A stretch of DNA of 64,000 nt from Flavobacteriia bacterium (GCA_019455045.1 JACFND010000001.1:22023-86022), one strand, 5' to 3'; shown: positions 20,488 to 28,449, counted from the first letter of the stretch. Notes: generated by a model not told the origin, from the sequence alone. Translations and numbers: made by a program.

Positions 20488-20780
20488 TTTTACTAAAAAT
20501 ATGCGGGGTAAATTTAAGAACTATTCAGTGCTCAAAAGGCCCAACCTTTGTATATATTATTGAAAACGCTTAATTTATATCGATTATAAATAATTTTTCA
20601 ATTGGGTTAATTCTGACAGAAATTTTGATCAGAAATCAGGAATGAAAATCAAAGTTTTGGTTTTGTATTGAAAATCAGCCGACTTGATTTGAAAAGCAAT
20701 AAATTTGCAGTTGGAAATCAAAAAATGACCGGAATTTTAAAAATATCGGCTATTTGTGTGCAATGTAAAAGAATAATTGC

Positions 20781-20788
20781 TACATTTG
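20781..20788 (+). promoter_or_regulatory. -7 box (TACATTTG) of rplU-rpmA
   Basis: TAnnTTTG 30 nt upstream of ATG 20819; a second match (TAAATTTG) at 20700-20707. Confidence 0.65.
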
Positions 20789-20818
20789 CCGTCCGAAAAT
20801 CAAAATAATATTTATATA

Positions 20819-21511
20819 ATGTATGCAATTGTAGAAATAGCAGGGCTTCAATACAAAGTTGAGAAAGACCAGCAGTTGTATGTAAACCGTTTGGGCGGAG
20901 AACCGGGAGACGAAATGTCTTTTGACCGTGTGCTTCTGACTGATAACGGTTCAGTACAGGTTGGCGCCCCGGTTATAGACGGCATGTCGGTAGTGGCAAA
21001 GATCGTCGAGCATGTGAAAGGTGACAAAGTAATCGTTTTCAAAAAGAAAAGAAGAAAAGGTTACAAAGTTAAAAACGGACACCGTCAGCTTTTCACCAAG
21101 ATCGAAGTGGTTTCTATCGGTGCCGGAAGCGGTGCTGCAAAGAAAGCTGCAAAAAAAGAAGCTCCAAAAGCAGAACCGGCAAAACTGGCTGAAGTTCCCG
21201 CTGAAGAGTTGAGCAAAGCAGCAGAACCAAAAGCTGAAATCAAAAAGGAAGCGAAGAAAGAAGAGAAAGCTGAAACTGAAAAATCAGCCAATCCGAATTC
21301 TGATTACGCAACCGTAAATTTCGGCGAGAACCACGAATTGAATTATCATTTGAAGAAACACGGTCTGTCCCAATCAAAAGGAAACCGTGAAACCCTGACC
21401 GAACTGGGCAGCGGATTGAAAGAAAAACTTGGCAAAAGAGTGCTGACTCATGAAGATGTTGACAGTCTGATTGCTGAGAATATTGCTAAATTTGACGAAG
21501 TAAAAAAATAA
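20819..21511 (+). CDS. rplU: 50S ribosomal protein L21 with Ala/Lys/Glu linker and an extra C-terminal domain (230 aa)
   Basis: MYAIVEIAGLQYKV...VIVFKKKRRKGY..KNGHRQ; start moved to 20819; directly upstream of rpmA. Confidence 0.95.
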   Translation: MYAIVEIAGLQYKVEKDQQLYVNRLGGEPGDEMSFDRVLLTDNGSVQVGAPVIDGMSVVAKIVEHVKGDKVIVFKKKRRKGYKVKNGHRQLFTKIEVVSIGAGSGAAKKAAKKEAPKAEPAKLAEVPAEELSKAAEPKAEIKKEAKKEEKAETEKSANPNSDYATVNFGENHELNYHLKKHGLSQSKGNRETLTELGSGLKEKLGKRVLTHEDVDSLIAENIAKFDEVKK

Positions 21512-21523
21512 ATCTGAAATAAA

Positions 21524-21784
21524 ATGGCACATAAGAAAGGAGTCGGTAGTTCCAAGAACGGTAGAGAGTCGCATTCTAAAAGACTGGGTGTGAAGATATT
21601 CGGCGGACAGACTGCCAAAGCCGGAAATATTTTGGTAAGGCAGAGAGGAACCGTACACCATCCGGGTGACAATGTTGGGATCGGAAAAGATCACACTTTG
21701 TTTGCGCTGATTGACGGTACCGTGGTTTTCCGCAAGAAAGCCAACAACAGGTCATTCGTATCGATCGATCCTGTGGTGGAATAA
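21524..21784 (+). CDS. rpmA: 50S ribosomal protein L27
   Basis: [35 protein letters not shown]. Confidence 0.98.
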   Translation: MAHKKGVGSSKNGRESHSKRLGVKIFGGQTAKAGNILVRQRGTVHHPGDNVGIGKDHTLFALIDGTVVFRKKANNRSFVSIDPVVE

Positions 21785-21820
21785 GCTCAAAAATCGATTA
21801 TTTACATAATTGAAAATAAC

Positions 21821-21852
21821 AAAGGCTTCCCGTCACGGGCAGCCTTTTTTTT
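21821..21852 (+). terminator. Intrinsic terminator-like hairpin after rpmA
   Basis: AAAGGCT-T-CCCG-tca-CGGG-C-AGCCTTT running into a T8 tract. Confidence 0.75.
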
Positions 21853-21856
21853 GTTT

Positions 21857-21933
21857 GGCTCCGTAGCTCAGCTGGACAGAGCAGTAGTTTCCTAAACTAT
21901 TGGTCGGAGGTTCGAATCCTCTCGGAGTCACCA
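21857..21933 (+). tRNA. tRNA-Arg (anticodon CCT), CCA encoded
   Basis: Acceptor stem GGCTCCG/CGGAGTC, D arm AGCTCAGCTGGACAGAGC, anticodon arm GTAGT-TTCCTAA-ACTAT, T arm GGTTCGAATCC, 3' ACCA. Confidence 0.97.
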
Positions 21934-21935
21934 CG

Positions 21936-21960
21936 GACGGTCTGTTGATCGTCTTTTTTT
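21936..21960 (+). terminator. Terminator after tRNA-Arg
   Basis: GACGGTC-tgtt-GATCGTC followed by T7. Confidence 0.65.
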
Positions 21961-22039
21961 ATGGGAGTGGATTATTGATTCAAAGATGTGTGATTTGATT
22001 TAGGGAGGAACAGTTTGATTGAGAGATTTACGTTATATA

Positions 22040-22079
22040 ATAAATGTAGAGACGTACGGCCGTACGTCTCTACATTTAT
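22040..22079. repeat. Perfect 40-bp palindrome, GTAG-type REP-like element
   Basis: ATAAATGTAGAGACGTACGG|CCGTACGTCTCTACATTTAT equals its own reverse complement; GTAGAGACG...CGTCTCTAC arms. Confidence 0.8.
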
Positions 22080-22095
22080 AGGAAAGTTGTCTTTT

Positions 22096-22629
22096 TTATT
22101 TTTTATTTCTTTTGTAACCGATAGTTTTCCGGCCGGTTTGTTTTGGATTTACAAATTCTCCCAAAACCTGCCATATATGATTAATCTCGGTGGATTGGTC
22201 GGTTTGATTTCGATTCAGTTTCTCGATTTTTTCAAGCAGATCTTCATAATTTGATGCCCATTGTCTCATTTTGACAAAAATCCGCATGATCGAAATATTG
22301 ACCTGAATCGCGGTCGGACTGTTGAGCACCGACGACAGCATTGCAACTCCCTGTTCGGTAAACATATAAGGCGGAGTTCTTCTGCCGCCCCAGCTTGGGC
22401 CTGAGGTCGCAAATTGCGACTTCAAGTCAGCCCATTCTTTTGGATTCAGCTGAAACATAAAATCAGACGGAAAACGGTCGATATTTCTTTTGACCTGTTC
22501 ATTCAGTCTTTTGGTTTCCACACCGTACAACTCAGCCAACTCGCTGTCCATCATCACTTTCTGATCTCGAACAAAGTAGATTGAGTTGAGAATCTTTTGC
22601 TGAATTTGGATGTCTTTTGAGTTTTCCAT
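22096..22629 (-). CDS. ORF6N-domain DNA-binding protein
   Basis: VMMDSELAELYGVETKRLNEQVKRNIDRFPSDFMFQL, GGRRTPPYMFTEQGVAMLSSVLNS. Confidence 0.9.
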   Translation of the reverse strand: MENSKDIQIQQKILNSIYFVRDQKVMMDSELAELYGVETKRLNEQVKRNIDRFPSDFMFQLNPKEWADLKSQFATSGPSWGGRRTPPYMFTEQGVAMLSSVLNSPTAIQVNISIMRIFVKMRQWASNYEDLLEKIEKLNRNQTDQSTEINHIWQVLGEFVNPKQTGRKTIGYKRNKK

Positions 22630-22654
22630 AAGAGTTTGTTTTGTATAGAATTAA

Positions 22655-23130
22655 TCAGGAATATCCGTTTACATGTAAATCAAATAATTGATCATCATCA
22701 ACTGAATATTTTATTTCCCAGTAATAACTACCACCGTCTTCAACCAGAACTAAATCGTTTAACCAATGATCGTCATTTTTATCGTCTGCCCAGAAACAAT
22801 TAATCAAAAGACATTTCTTTCCGTTTTCATCATAAAATCCGATGTACTGACGTTTGTATTTTTTAAGTTTTTATGAATAACGGGACTTGAAGATTGATTC
22901 GGCTGATTTTTATTGATTTCTTTTAATTGCATTTTCAGCGCCTGTTCAGCTTTTGCTATTTCTTCTTTTGTAGGCTTAAATCTTTTTTCAAAACCGTAAA
23001 GTTCGTATTCCTTTGGGAAAATTGCCACATCAAAATCTTTTGTTTGATAATGTTCGGCAATAGTTTGACTGTTTCCAAAAAAGAAACTTAAAATAAATAA
23101 AACTGAGGCTAAATATAATTTCAATTTCAA
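22655..23130 (-). pseudogene. Exported hypothetical protein interrupted by a 1-nt frameshift at an A6 run (plus-strand T6, 22859-22864)
   Basis: Frame 0 has a signal peptide to ...IHKNLK and stops at 22804; the -1 frame continues KYKRQYIGFYDENGKK...EDGGSYYW...LHVNGYS to TGA at 22655. Confidence 0.7.
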
Positions 23131-23186
23131 ATCTTCAGATTACACGAAATTACTTCCGTTTTCCGGCATCCGTCTTCCGGCCAAAT

Positions 23187-23720
23187 TTACCAGTCCATCG
23201 CGATTGCATTAAAAATCTGACCGGTCAGCTGTTCAAGTATGCTGTCGAGCAAACCGCTCTCTGCCTGCATCAGTGTGAGGTTTGCATCAAAATCTTCATA
23301 AGCCGAAAAGGTTCTGTCAAAACTTTTTGTCTCGTCTTTTGTGTTCTGATATCTTACTCTGACGGTCATTGTCAGTCTGTTTTTTCCGGCGGTTTCATTT
23401 GCCTGAATCGCAACCGAAGACTGCTGATAATTTGTGATTTCTCCATCGATCAGCAAGTCCGCATCCTCGCTGTTGGTCAGCGAAAGCTTTGTGCGGTTAT
23501 TGAAAATATCCTGAAGCTGATCTGTAAACTGCTGACTCAAATTTGGATTCTGATAGGGCGCATAATTCGGAAAATTTGAAATTTTAATCGTCTCCCAGTT
23601 TGGATCAATCGATGAACCCGAAAGGGTATAACATGAATTCAAAACGAGCGCGGTTAAACCAAAAAGAATACAGTAAATGTATTTGAAGCGCTTTTTATTT
23701 TTTCTCAGGTTCATTATCAA
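23187..23720 (-). CDS. lptE: LptE-family LPS-assembly lipoprotein
   Basis: Lipobox LNSC-Y, family-like YTLSGSS...ISNFPNYA...GEITNY, position after the sigma54 activator; the start may be ATG 23714. Confidence 0.75.
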   Translation of the reverse strand: MIMNLRKNKKRFKYIYCILFGLTALVLNSCYTLSGSSIDPNWETIKISNFPNYAPYQNPNLSQQFTDQLQDIFNNRTKLSLTNSEDADLLIDGEITNYQQSSVAIQANETAGKNRLTMTVRVRYQNTKDETKSFDRTFSAYEDFDANLTLMQAESGLLDSILEQLTGQIFNAIAMDW

Positions 23721-23738
23721 TTTTTTTGAGTTCGTATT

Positions 23739-24146
23739 CTAATTCCTGAACTGTGGGCAGATTTTGCATAATATACTCTCTTTGCTTAATTGTCCACCAA
23801 CTTGGTAAACAATTGAATCTCCCTCACTCTCAGACTCATTTTGAATTTGTCCACCAGCTTGGTAAACAAATTCGGAATCTTTATAAAACGAGTAAAATCG
23901 CTGCATAGCAAACAGATTTGATCGTGAGAAACCTTTGGTGTCAGGTAATTCACGTTTTAAATCTTTCGACATTTGTTCAACAATTTTACTTCCCCAACCG
24001 AAACTGTTTTGTTTTTCAGCAATATCTTTTCCAATGCTCCAATACAGAGAAATCATTTCAGCATTTACAGCCAGGCCCGCCTTAATCTGTGAAGATCTGA
24101 TGCGTTGTTTCAGCTCCTGAATCCAATCAATGTATTCTCTATCCAT
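23739..24146 (-). pseudogene. N-terminal fragment of a DUF1016/YhcG-family protein; PD-(D/E)XK nuclease domain absent
   Basis: ELKQRIRSSQIKAGLAVNAEMISLYWSIG...GWG...KGFSRSNLFAMQRFY; stops at 135 aa with no continuation seen in other frames. Confidence 0.75.
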
Positions 24147-24218
24147 TTATTGTGATTTTATCATCTTTTTAGATTACTTCACTGCTCTGCTTCGCATTGA
24201 AAAATGTATTAAAATCGT

Positions 24219-25466
24219 TTATTCCAAATTATACTGTTTGATTTTTCGATAAAGCGTCCTTTCCGAAATTCCGAGTTCCTCTGCCGCAGATCTTCTTTTT
24301 CCTTTGTGTTTTTCCAACGCCTTTCTGATCATTTCCATCTCATTGTCCTGAAGCGAAAGCGATTCTTTCTGAACATTGACTTCCTCATAATCATGATCCG
24401 GATATTCGGTATAATCCTGAACGATATGGGTTGGAACCTCGTCTTTCTGATAAATCTGCATGGCACCGTAATCTCTTTCAGATTCAGTCTTTTCACGAAT
24501 CACACGCTGAAGCGTTTCAAGATTTCCTGACGAAATATTTTCCTTATTATGAATCAGATCCAAAGTCAAAGATCTCAAATCGTTCAGATCTTTTTTCATA
24601 TCCAAAAGAAATTTGAAAAGCAGTTCTCTTTCCAGATGATCGGAATTGTCAGATTTCCCCGGAATCAGCGCCGGAACGCTTGACTGATAAGGCAGATAAC
24701 TTCTGATTTTTTCGGCCGAAATATTTCTGTCTTTTTCAACCACCGATATTTCTTCTGCAAAATTTCTGAGCTGTCTGATGTTTCCCGGCCACGGATAGTT
24801 CATCAGATACTGAACCGCTTCGGGCTGAAGCTCCAAAGGCGGCATTCTGTATTTTTCGGCAAAATCGGCTGCAAACTTTCTGAACAGCAGCGGAATATCA
24901 TTTTTTCTTTCGCGCAAAGCCGGCATATTGATTTCAACCGTATTGAGACGATAATAAAGGTCTTCTCTGAATTTCCCTTTTTCAATCGCTTCTTCCATCT
25001 TCACATTGGTTGCCGCCACAACTCTCACATCCGTTTTTTGAATTTCGGAAGAACCGACTTTCATAAATTCGCCGCTTTCCAAAACCCTGAGCAGTCGCAC
25101 CTGAGTGGGAGCAGGCAGCTCACCGACTTCATCCAAAAAGATGGTTCCTTTGTCGGCTACTTCAAAATATCCTTTTCTGGTTGCAGTCGCACCGGTAAAG
25201 GCTCCTTTCTCATGACCAAAAAGTTCTGAATCGATTGTTCCTTCCGGAATTGCACCGCAATTGACTGCGATATAATTATTGTGTTTCCGATGAGATTGAG
25301 AATGTATGATTTTTGGAATAAATTCCTTTCCGACACCGCTCTCTCCACTGACCAAAACCGAAATATCGGTCGGTGCCACCTGGATTGCTTTTTCAAGCGC
25401 ACGGTTCAATCCCGGATCATTTCCGATGATTGAGAATCTTTGTTTTATGGTTTGTAAATTATCCAT
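24219..25466 (-). CDS. Sigma-54-interacting AAA+ activator with Fis-type HTH and no N-terminal sensor domain
   Basis: GESGVGKE Walker A, GAFTGA, FLDEVGE Walker B, WPGNIRQL, C-terminal AAEELGISERTLYRK. Confidence 0.93.
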   Translation of the reverse strand: MDNLQTIKQRFSIIGNDPGLNRALEKAIQVAPTDISVLVSGESGVGKEFIPKIIHSQSHRKHNNYIAVNCGAIPEGTIDSELFGHEKGAFTGATATRKGYFEVADKGTIFLDEVGELPAPTQVRLLRVLESGEFMKVGSSEIQKTDVRVVAATNVKMEEAIEKGKFREDLYYRLNTVEINMPALRERKNDIPLLFRKFAADFAEKYRMPPLELQPEAVQYLMNYPWPGNIRQLRNFAEEISVVEKDRNISAEKIRSYLPYQSSVPALIPGKSDNSDHLERELLFKFLLDMKKDLNDLRSLTLDLIHNKENISSGNLETLQRVIREKTESERDYGAMQIYQKDEVPTHIVQDYTEYPDHDYEEVNVQKESLSLQDNEMEMIRKALEKHKGKRRSAAEELGISERTLYRKIKQYNLE

Positions 25467-25478
25467 TAAGTCTTTTTT

Positions 25479-25565
25479 GTTTCAGGTTTCAGGTTTCATG
25501 TTGGGTTTCAAGTTTCAGGTTTCAAGTTTCATGTTGGAGTTTCAGGTTTCAAGTTTTAGGTTTGG
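25479..25565 (+). repeat. Tandem heptamer array GTTTCA(G/A/T), about 10 units with two short interruptions
   Basis: gtttcag gtttcag gtttcat gttgg gtttcaa gtttcag gtttcaa gtttcat gttgga gtttcag gtttcaa gttttag. Confidence 0.95.
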
Positions 25566-25581
25566 TTAATAACAATTAGTT

Positions 25582-25977
25582 TTAAGGTTTTTGAAATTTA
25601 CTTCCTTTGATGTCAGTTTTGTTCAGATATGAAATAAATTTTTTTATTTTTCCGCTTAAATTTTCAAAATCGTTTTTCAATTCGTTTAGAGTTTCCTCTC
25701 TGATGTATTCATAGTCAAAAGCTCTGTATAATTGTGATCTTGTTTCTCCTGCTGAACCTTTTGCAACAGCCAAAAACTGTCTGAATTCAAGATTTCCGTC
25801 TCTTTCAAAACCTTCAGCGATATTGTCCATAATTGAACCCGATGAAGATTTTATCTGTTCTTTAAATTTGAAATCCGTTTTAAATTCGGTTTCATTTGTT
25901 AGTTTGTAAATGACTTTTGCAAGCCTTCTCGCTTCCTGCCAGATTTCCAAGTCTTCAAATCTTCTGATTGTCGCCAT
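25582..25977 (-). CDS. Four-helix-bundle protein (23S rRNA intervening-sequence protein family)
   Basis: FEDLEIWQEAR, QIKSSSGSIMDNIAEGFER, FLAVAKGSAGETRSQLY; visibly AT-rich. Confidence 0.93.
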   Translation of the reverse strand: MATIRRFEDLEIWQEARRLAKVIYKLTNETEFKTDFKFKEQIKSSSGSIMDNIAEGFERDGNLEFRQFLAVAKGSAGETRSQLYRAFDYEYIREETLNELKNDFENLSGKIKKFISYLNKTDIKGSKFQKP

Positions 25978-26003
25978 AACTTTAAATATTTATTCACTGA
26001 ATT

Positions 26004-26034
26004 AACTTGAAACCTGAAACCTGAAACTTGAAAC
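26004..26034 (-). repeat. Heptamer array (4 units), inverted relative to 25479-25565
   Basis: Plus strand aac ttgaaac ctgaaac ctgaaac ttgaaac; reverse complement gtttcaagtttcaggtttcaggtttcaagtt. Confidence 0.95.
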
Positions 26035-26037
26035 AAA

Positions 26038-27477
26038 CTATATCATTTCCCCCAAAAGTGTCGCCGAAGTACAACTGTCAGCTCTGACCATTACAAAATC
26101 CCCGACTTTCGTCCCTTCGGTTTTTGGGAAAACCATTACCGCATTTTGTGAAATCCGGCCATACCAGAAATTTTCATCGCGTTTGCTGTTTCCTTCGATC
26201 AGGACTTCGTGAACTTTTCCGAGATAAGATTCCAGTCTTTGTTTTGAATGGACCTGCTGCAGATCGATGATCTCGGTCAGTCTTCTCTTTTTGACCTCTT
26301 CAGGTACATCGTCTGCCATCTTTTTGTGTGCCGGTGTTCCCGGTCTTTCTGAATAGGCGAACATATAACCAAAATCGTATTTCACATATTCCATCAGACT
26401 CAGCGTTTCTTTGTGTTCCTCTTCGGTCTCACCGCAGAATCCGGCGATGATGTCGTGTGAAAGTGCAATATTCGGAACGATCGATTTGATTTTGTCAATC
26501 AGCTCAATGTATTCTTCACGGGTATGCTGTCTGTTCATCCTTTTCAAAACTGCAGTACTTCCGGATTGGAAAGGCAGGTGGATGGATTTACAGATATTGT
26601 CGTGTTTTGCCATGGTTCTGAGTACGCTTTCGTGCATATCCTGAGGATTTGAAGTCGAAAAACGAATTCTCATTCCGGGCACTGCAACAGCAACTCTGTC
26701 AAGCAATTCAGCAAAATCAACCGAATTCTCTTTTTGTTCTTCTGTTGCTTTGTCAAAATCTTTTTTCAGACCGCCGCCGTACCACAGATACGAATCCACA
26801 TTCTGACCGAGCAGTGTGATTTCCCTGTAACCGTGATTCCACAGATTGATGCATTCGTTGATGATCGATTCGGGTTCGCGGCTTCTTTCTCTTCCTCGTG
26901 TAAACGGAACCACACAGAAAGTACACATATTGTCGCATCCGCGGGTGATCGATACAAAGGCAGTCACACCGTTTCCGCCCAGACGGACAGGATTCAGGTC
27001 GGCATAAGTTTCTTCTTTTGACAGTATCACATTGATCGCCTGTCTGCCGTCATCCACATCTTCAAGCAGTTTGGGCAGATCGCGGTAGGCATCGGGTCCG
27101 GCGACCAGATCGACCACTTTTTCTTCTTCGAGCAGTTTGGTTTTCAGTCTTTCTGCCATACAGCCCAAGACGCCGATTTTCAGACTTGGTTTTTTTCTTT
27201 TCAGCGCATTGAATTCTGTCAGTCTTTTTCTGACGGTGTCTTCCGCTTTGTGACGGATCGCGCAGGTATTAATCATGATCAGGTCTGCTTCCTCCAGTTC
27301 TGAAGTGGTATTGTATCCGTTTTCAAGCAGGATTGAGGCTACGATTTCAGAATCCGAAAAGTTCATCTGACAACCGTAACTTTCTATAAAAAGTTTTTTT
27401 GAGTTGCCTTCTTTTCCTTCCAGCACCATTGATTCGCCCTGTCTTGATTCGTCTGTATCTTTTATGTTTGATTGCAT
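26038..27477 (-). CDS. miaB: tRNA-2-methylthio-N6-dimethylallyladenosine synthase
   Basis: SYGCQMN, NTCAIR, GCMAERL, radical-SAM [11 protein letters not shown]-terminal TRAM-like domain. Confidence 0.97.
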   Translation of the reverse strand: MQSNIKDTDESRQGESMVLEGKEGNSKKLFIESYGCQMNFSDSEIVASILLENGYNTTSELEEADLIMINTCAIRHKAEDTVRKRLTEFNALKRKKPSLKIGVLGCMAERLKTKLLEEEKVVDLVAGPDAYRDLPKLLEDVDDGRQAINVILSKEETYADLNPVRLGGNGVTAFVSITRGCDNMCTFCVVPFTRGRERSREPESIINECINLWNHGYREITLLGQNVDSYLWYGGGLKKDFDKATEEQKENSVDFAELLDRVAVAVPGMRIRFSTSNPQDMHESVLRTMAKHDNICKSIHLPFQSGSTAVLKRMNRQHTREEYIELIDKIKSIVPNIALSHDIIAGFCGETEEEHKETLSLMEYVKYDFGYMFAYSERPGTPAHKKMADDVPEEVKKRRLTEIIDLQQVHSKQRLESYLGKVHEVLIEGNSKRDENFWYGRISQNAVMVFPKTEGTKVGDFVMVRADSCTSATLLGEMI

Positions 27478-27499
27478 TTTCCGCTTATTAAACAGTCTG

Positions 27500-27507
27500 C
27501 AAATTTA
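27500..27507 (-). promoter_or_regulatory. -7 box (TAAATTTG) of the miaB operon
   Basis: TAnnTTTG 22 nt upstream of the miaB ATG. Confidence 0.65.
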
Positions 27508-27639
27508 TTAAAAAATAACTGACAATCTGACAGATGATTTTTGATTTAATGTTTTTTAACTTTTGATCGAATCGATGATTTCAGCCGAAAAAAAATTTTC
27601 AATTTGACAATGCCTGATTTTTCGAGAAATAATTTTGTT

Positions 27640-27647
27640 TACTTTTG
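27640..27647 (+). promoter_or_regulatory. -7 box (TACTTTTG) of the divergent membrane-protein gene
   Basis: TAnnTTTG 16 nt upstream of ATG 27664. Confidence 0.6.
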
Positions 27648-27663
27648 ACCCAAACTGAAAAAA

Positions 27664-28446
27664 ATGGAAATACTTGATCGCCCCAATCCTATATTTAACA
27701 GAAAGCCTGATTTTGGAGAAATCTTCGGAGAATCAAAAGAATTATACCAAAAACTGTTCGGTTACGGAGCAATTGCAGTACTGATTTATCTGGTTGCATC
27801 AGCAATCGTTGGATTTGTGTTTGAATCTGCAACCGGGCTGAATGCACTTTCACAGCAATTGGCAGAAGAACTTGAAGGCTCACGCGATTTCAATACGATT
27901 TATGAAAAAGCGATTGATTTTTACAGCGACAATACAGCAGTAGCGCTAATCACCCGTTTTGGAACCGACTTTATTCTCTTGCTGAGTTTTCCGCTTGCCG
28001 GCGGATTTATGCTGGTCTGCAGAGAAATGGACAGAGACGGATTTTCATCTGTCTCCACACTGTTCGAAGGTTTCAAACCTTATTACTGGAGCCGTCTGAT
28101 GGTGCTTGCACTGATTTATTTTGTGCTTTCAAAAATCGGATTGTTTTTGTTTGTGATTCCGGGTATCTATATATGGGTGGCGGCAGTTTTGGGCTGTCCT
28201 TTTGTAATGTTTGGCGGAAAAGGAGGTGTGGATGCGCTCAAATCAAGTGTGAATCTGGTCAATCAGAACTGGTTTGAAGTTTTCAAAATACTGCTGGTTG
28301 CAACACTGATCGGTTGGGCAGGTTATCTGATCTGCTGTGTCGGCAGGGTGTTTACTTATCCGTTTGTTTTTGTTACGGTTTATATGCTTTACAAACACAT
28401 GGTCGGATTTGATGATGATCCGATTTCGGAGATCGGTGAAAATTAA
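27664..28446 (+). CDS. Uncharacterised integral membrane protein (DUF975-like)
   Basis: About 5-6 hydrophobic segments, PLAGGF...LFEGFK...IPGIY...ALKSSVNLV pattern. Confidence 0.65.
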   Translation: MEILDRPNPIFNRKPDFGEIFGESKELYQKLFGYGAIAVLIYLVASAIVGFVFESATGLNALSQQLAEELEGSRDFNTIYEKAIDFYSDNTAVALITRFGTDFILLLSFPLAGGFMLVCREMDRDGFSSVSTLFEGFKPYYWSRLMVLALIYFVLSKIGLFLFVIPGIYIWVAAVLGCPFVMFGGKGGVDALKSSVNLVNQNWFEVFKILLVATLIGWAGYLICCVGRVFTYPFVFVTVYMLYKHMVGFDDDPISEIGEN

Positions 28447-28449
28447 GCT

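Noticed and set aside
20559-20601. Imperfect dyad TTGAAAA...TTTATA-tcgat-TATAAA...TTTTCAA upstream of nuoA as a regulator site
   Set aside because: Very AT-rich context makes chance symmetry likely; no regulator can be assigned without comparative data
20777-20818. Upstream in-frame starts in the track for rplU (also nuoD, folC, wza, FKBP, GroES-like, ricT, aminotransferase)
   Set aside because: They overlap -7 promoter boxes or neighbouring genes; the downstream ATGs match family N-termini
22015-22254. 79-aa plus-strand ORF spanning the palindrome
   Set aside because: TTG start, runs antisense into ORF6N, reads through a non-coding repeat, and has no motif
21857-24200. tRNA-anchored prophage or genomic island (tRNA next to ORF6N and DUF1016)
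   Set aside because: No integrase, no phage structural genes, and I saw no duplicated tRNA 3' end (att site) in the window
25479-25565. Heptamer array as a CRISPR array
   Set aside because: 7-nt units with no unique spacers and no cas genes
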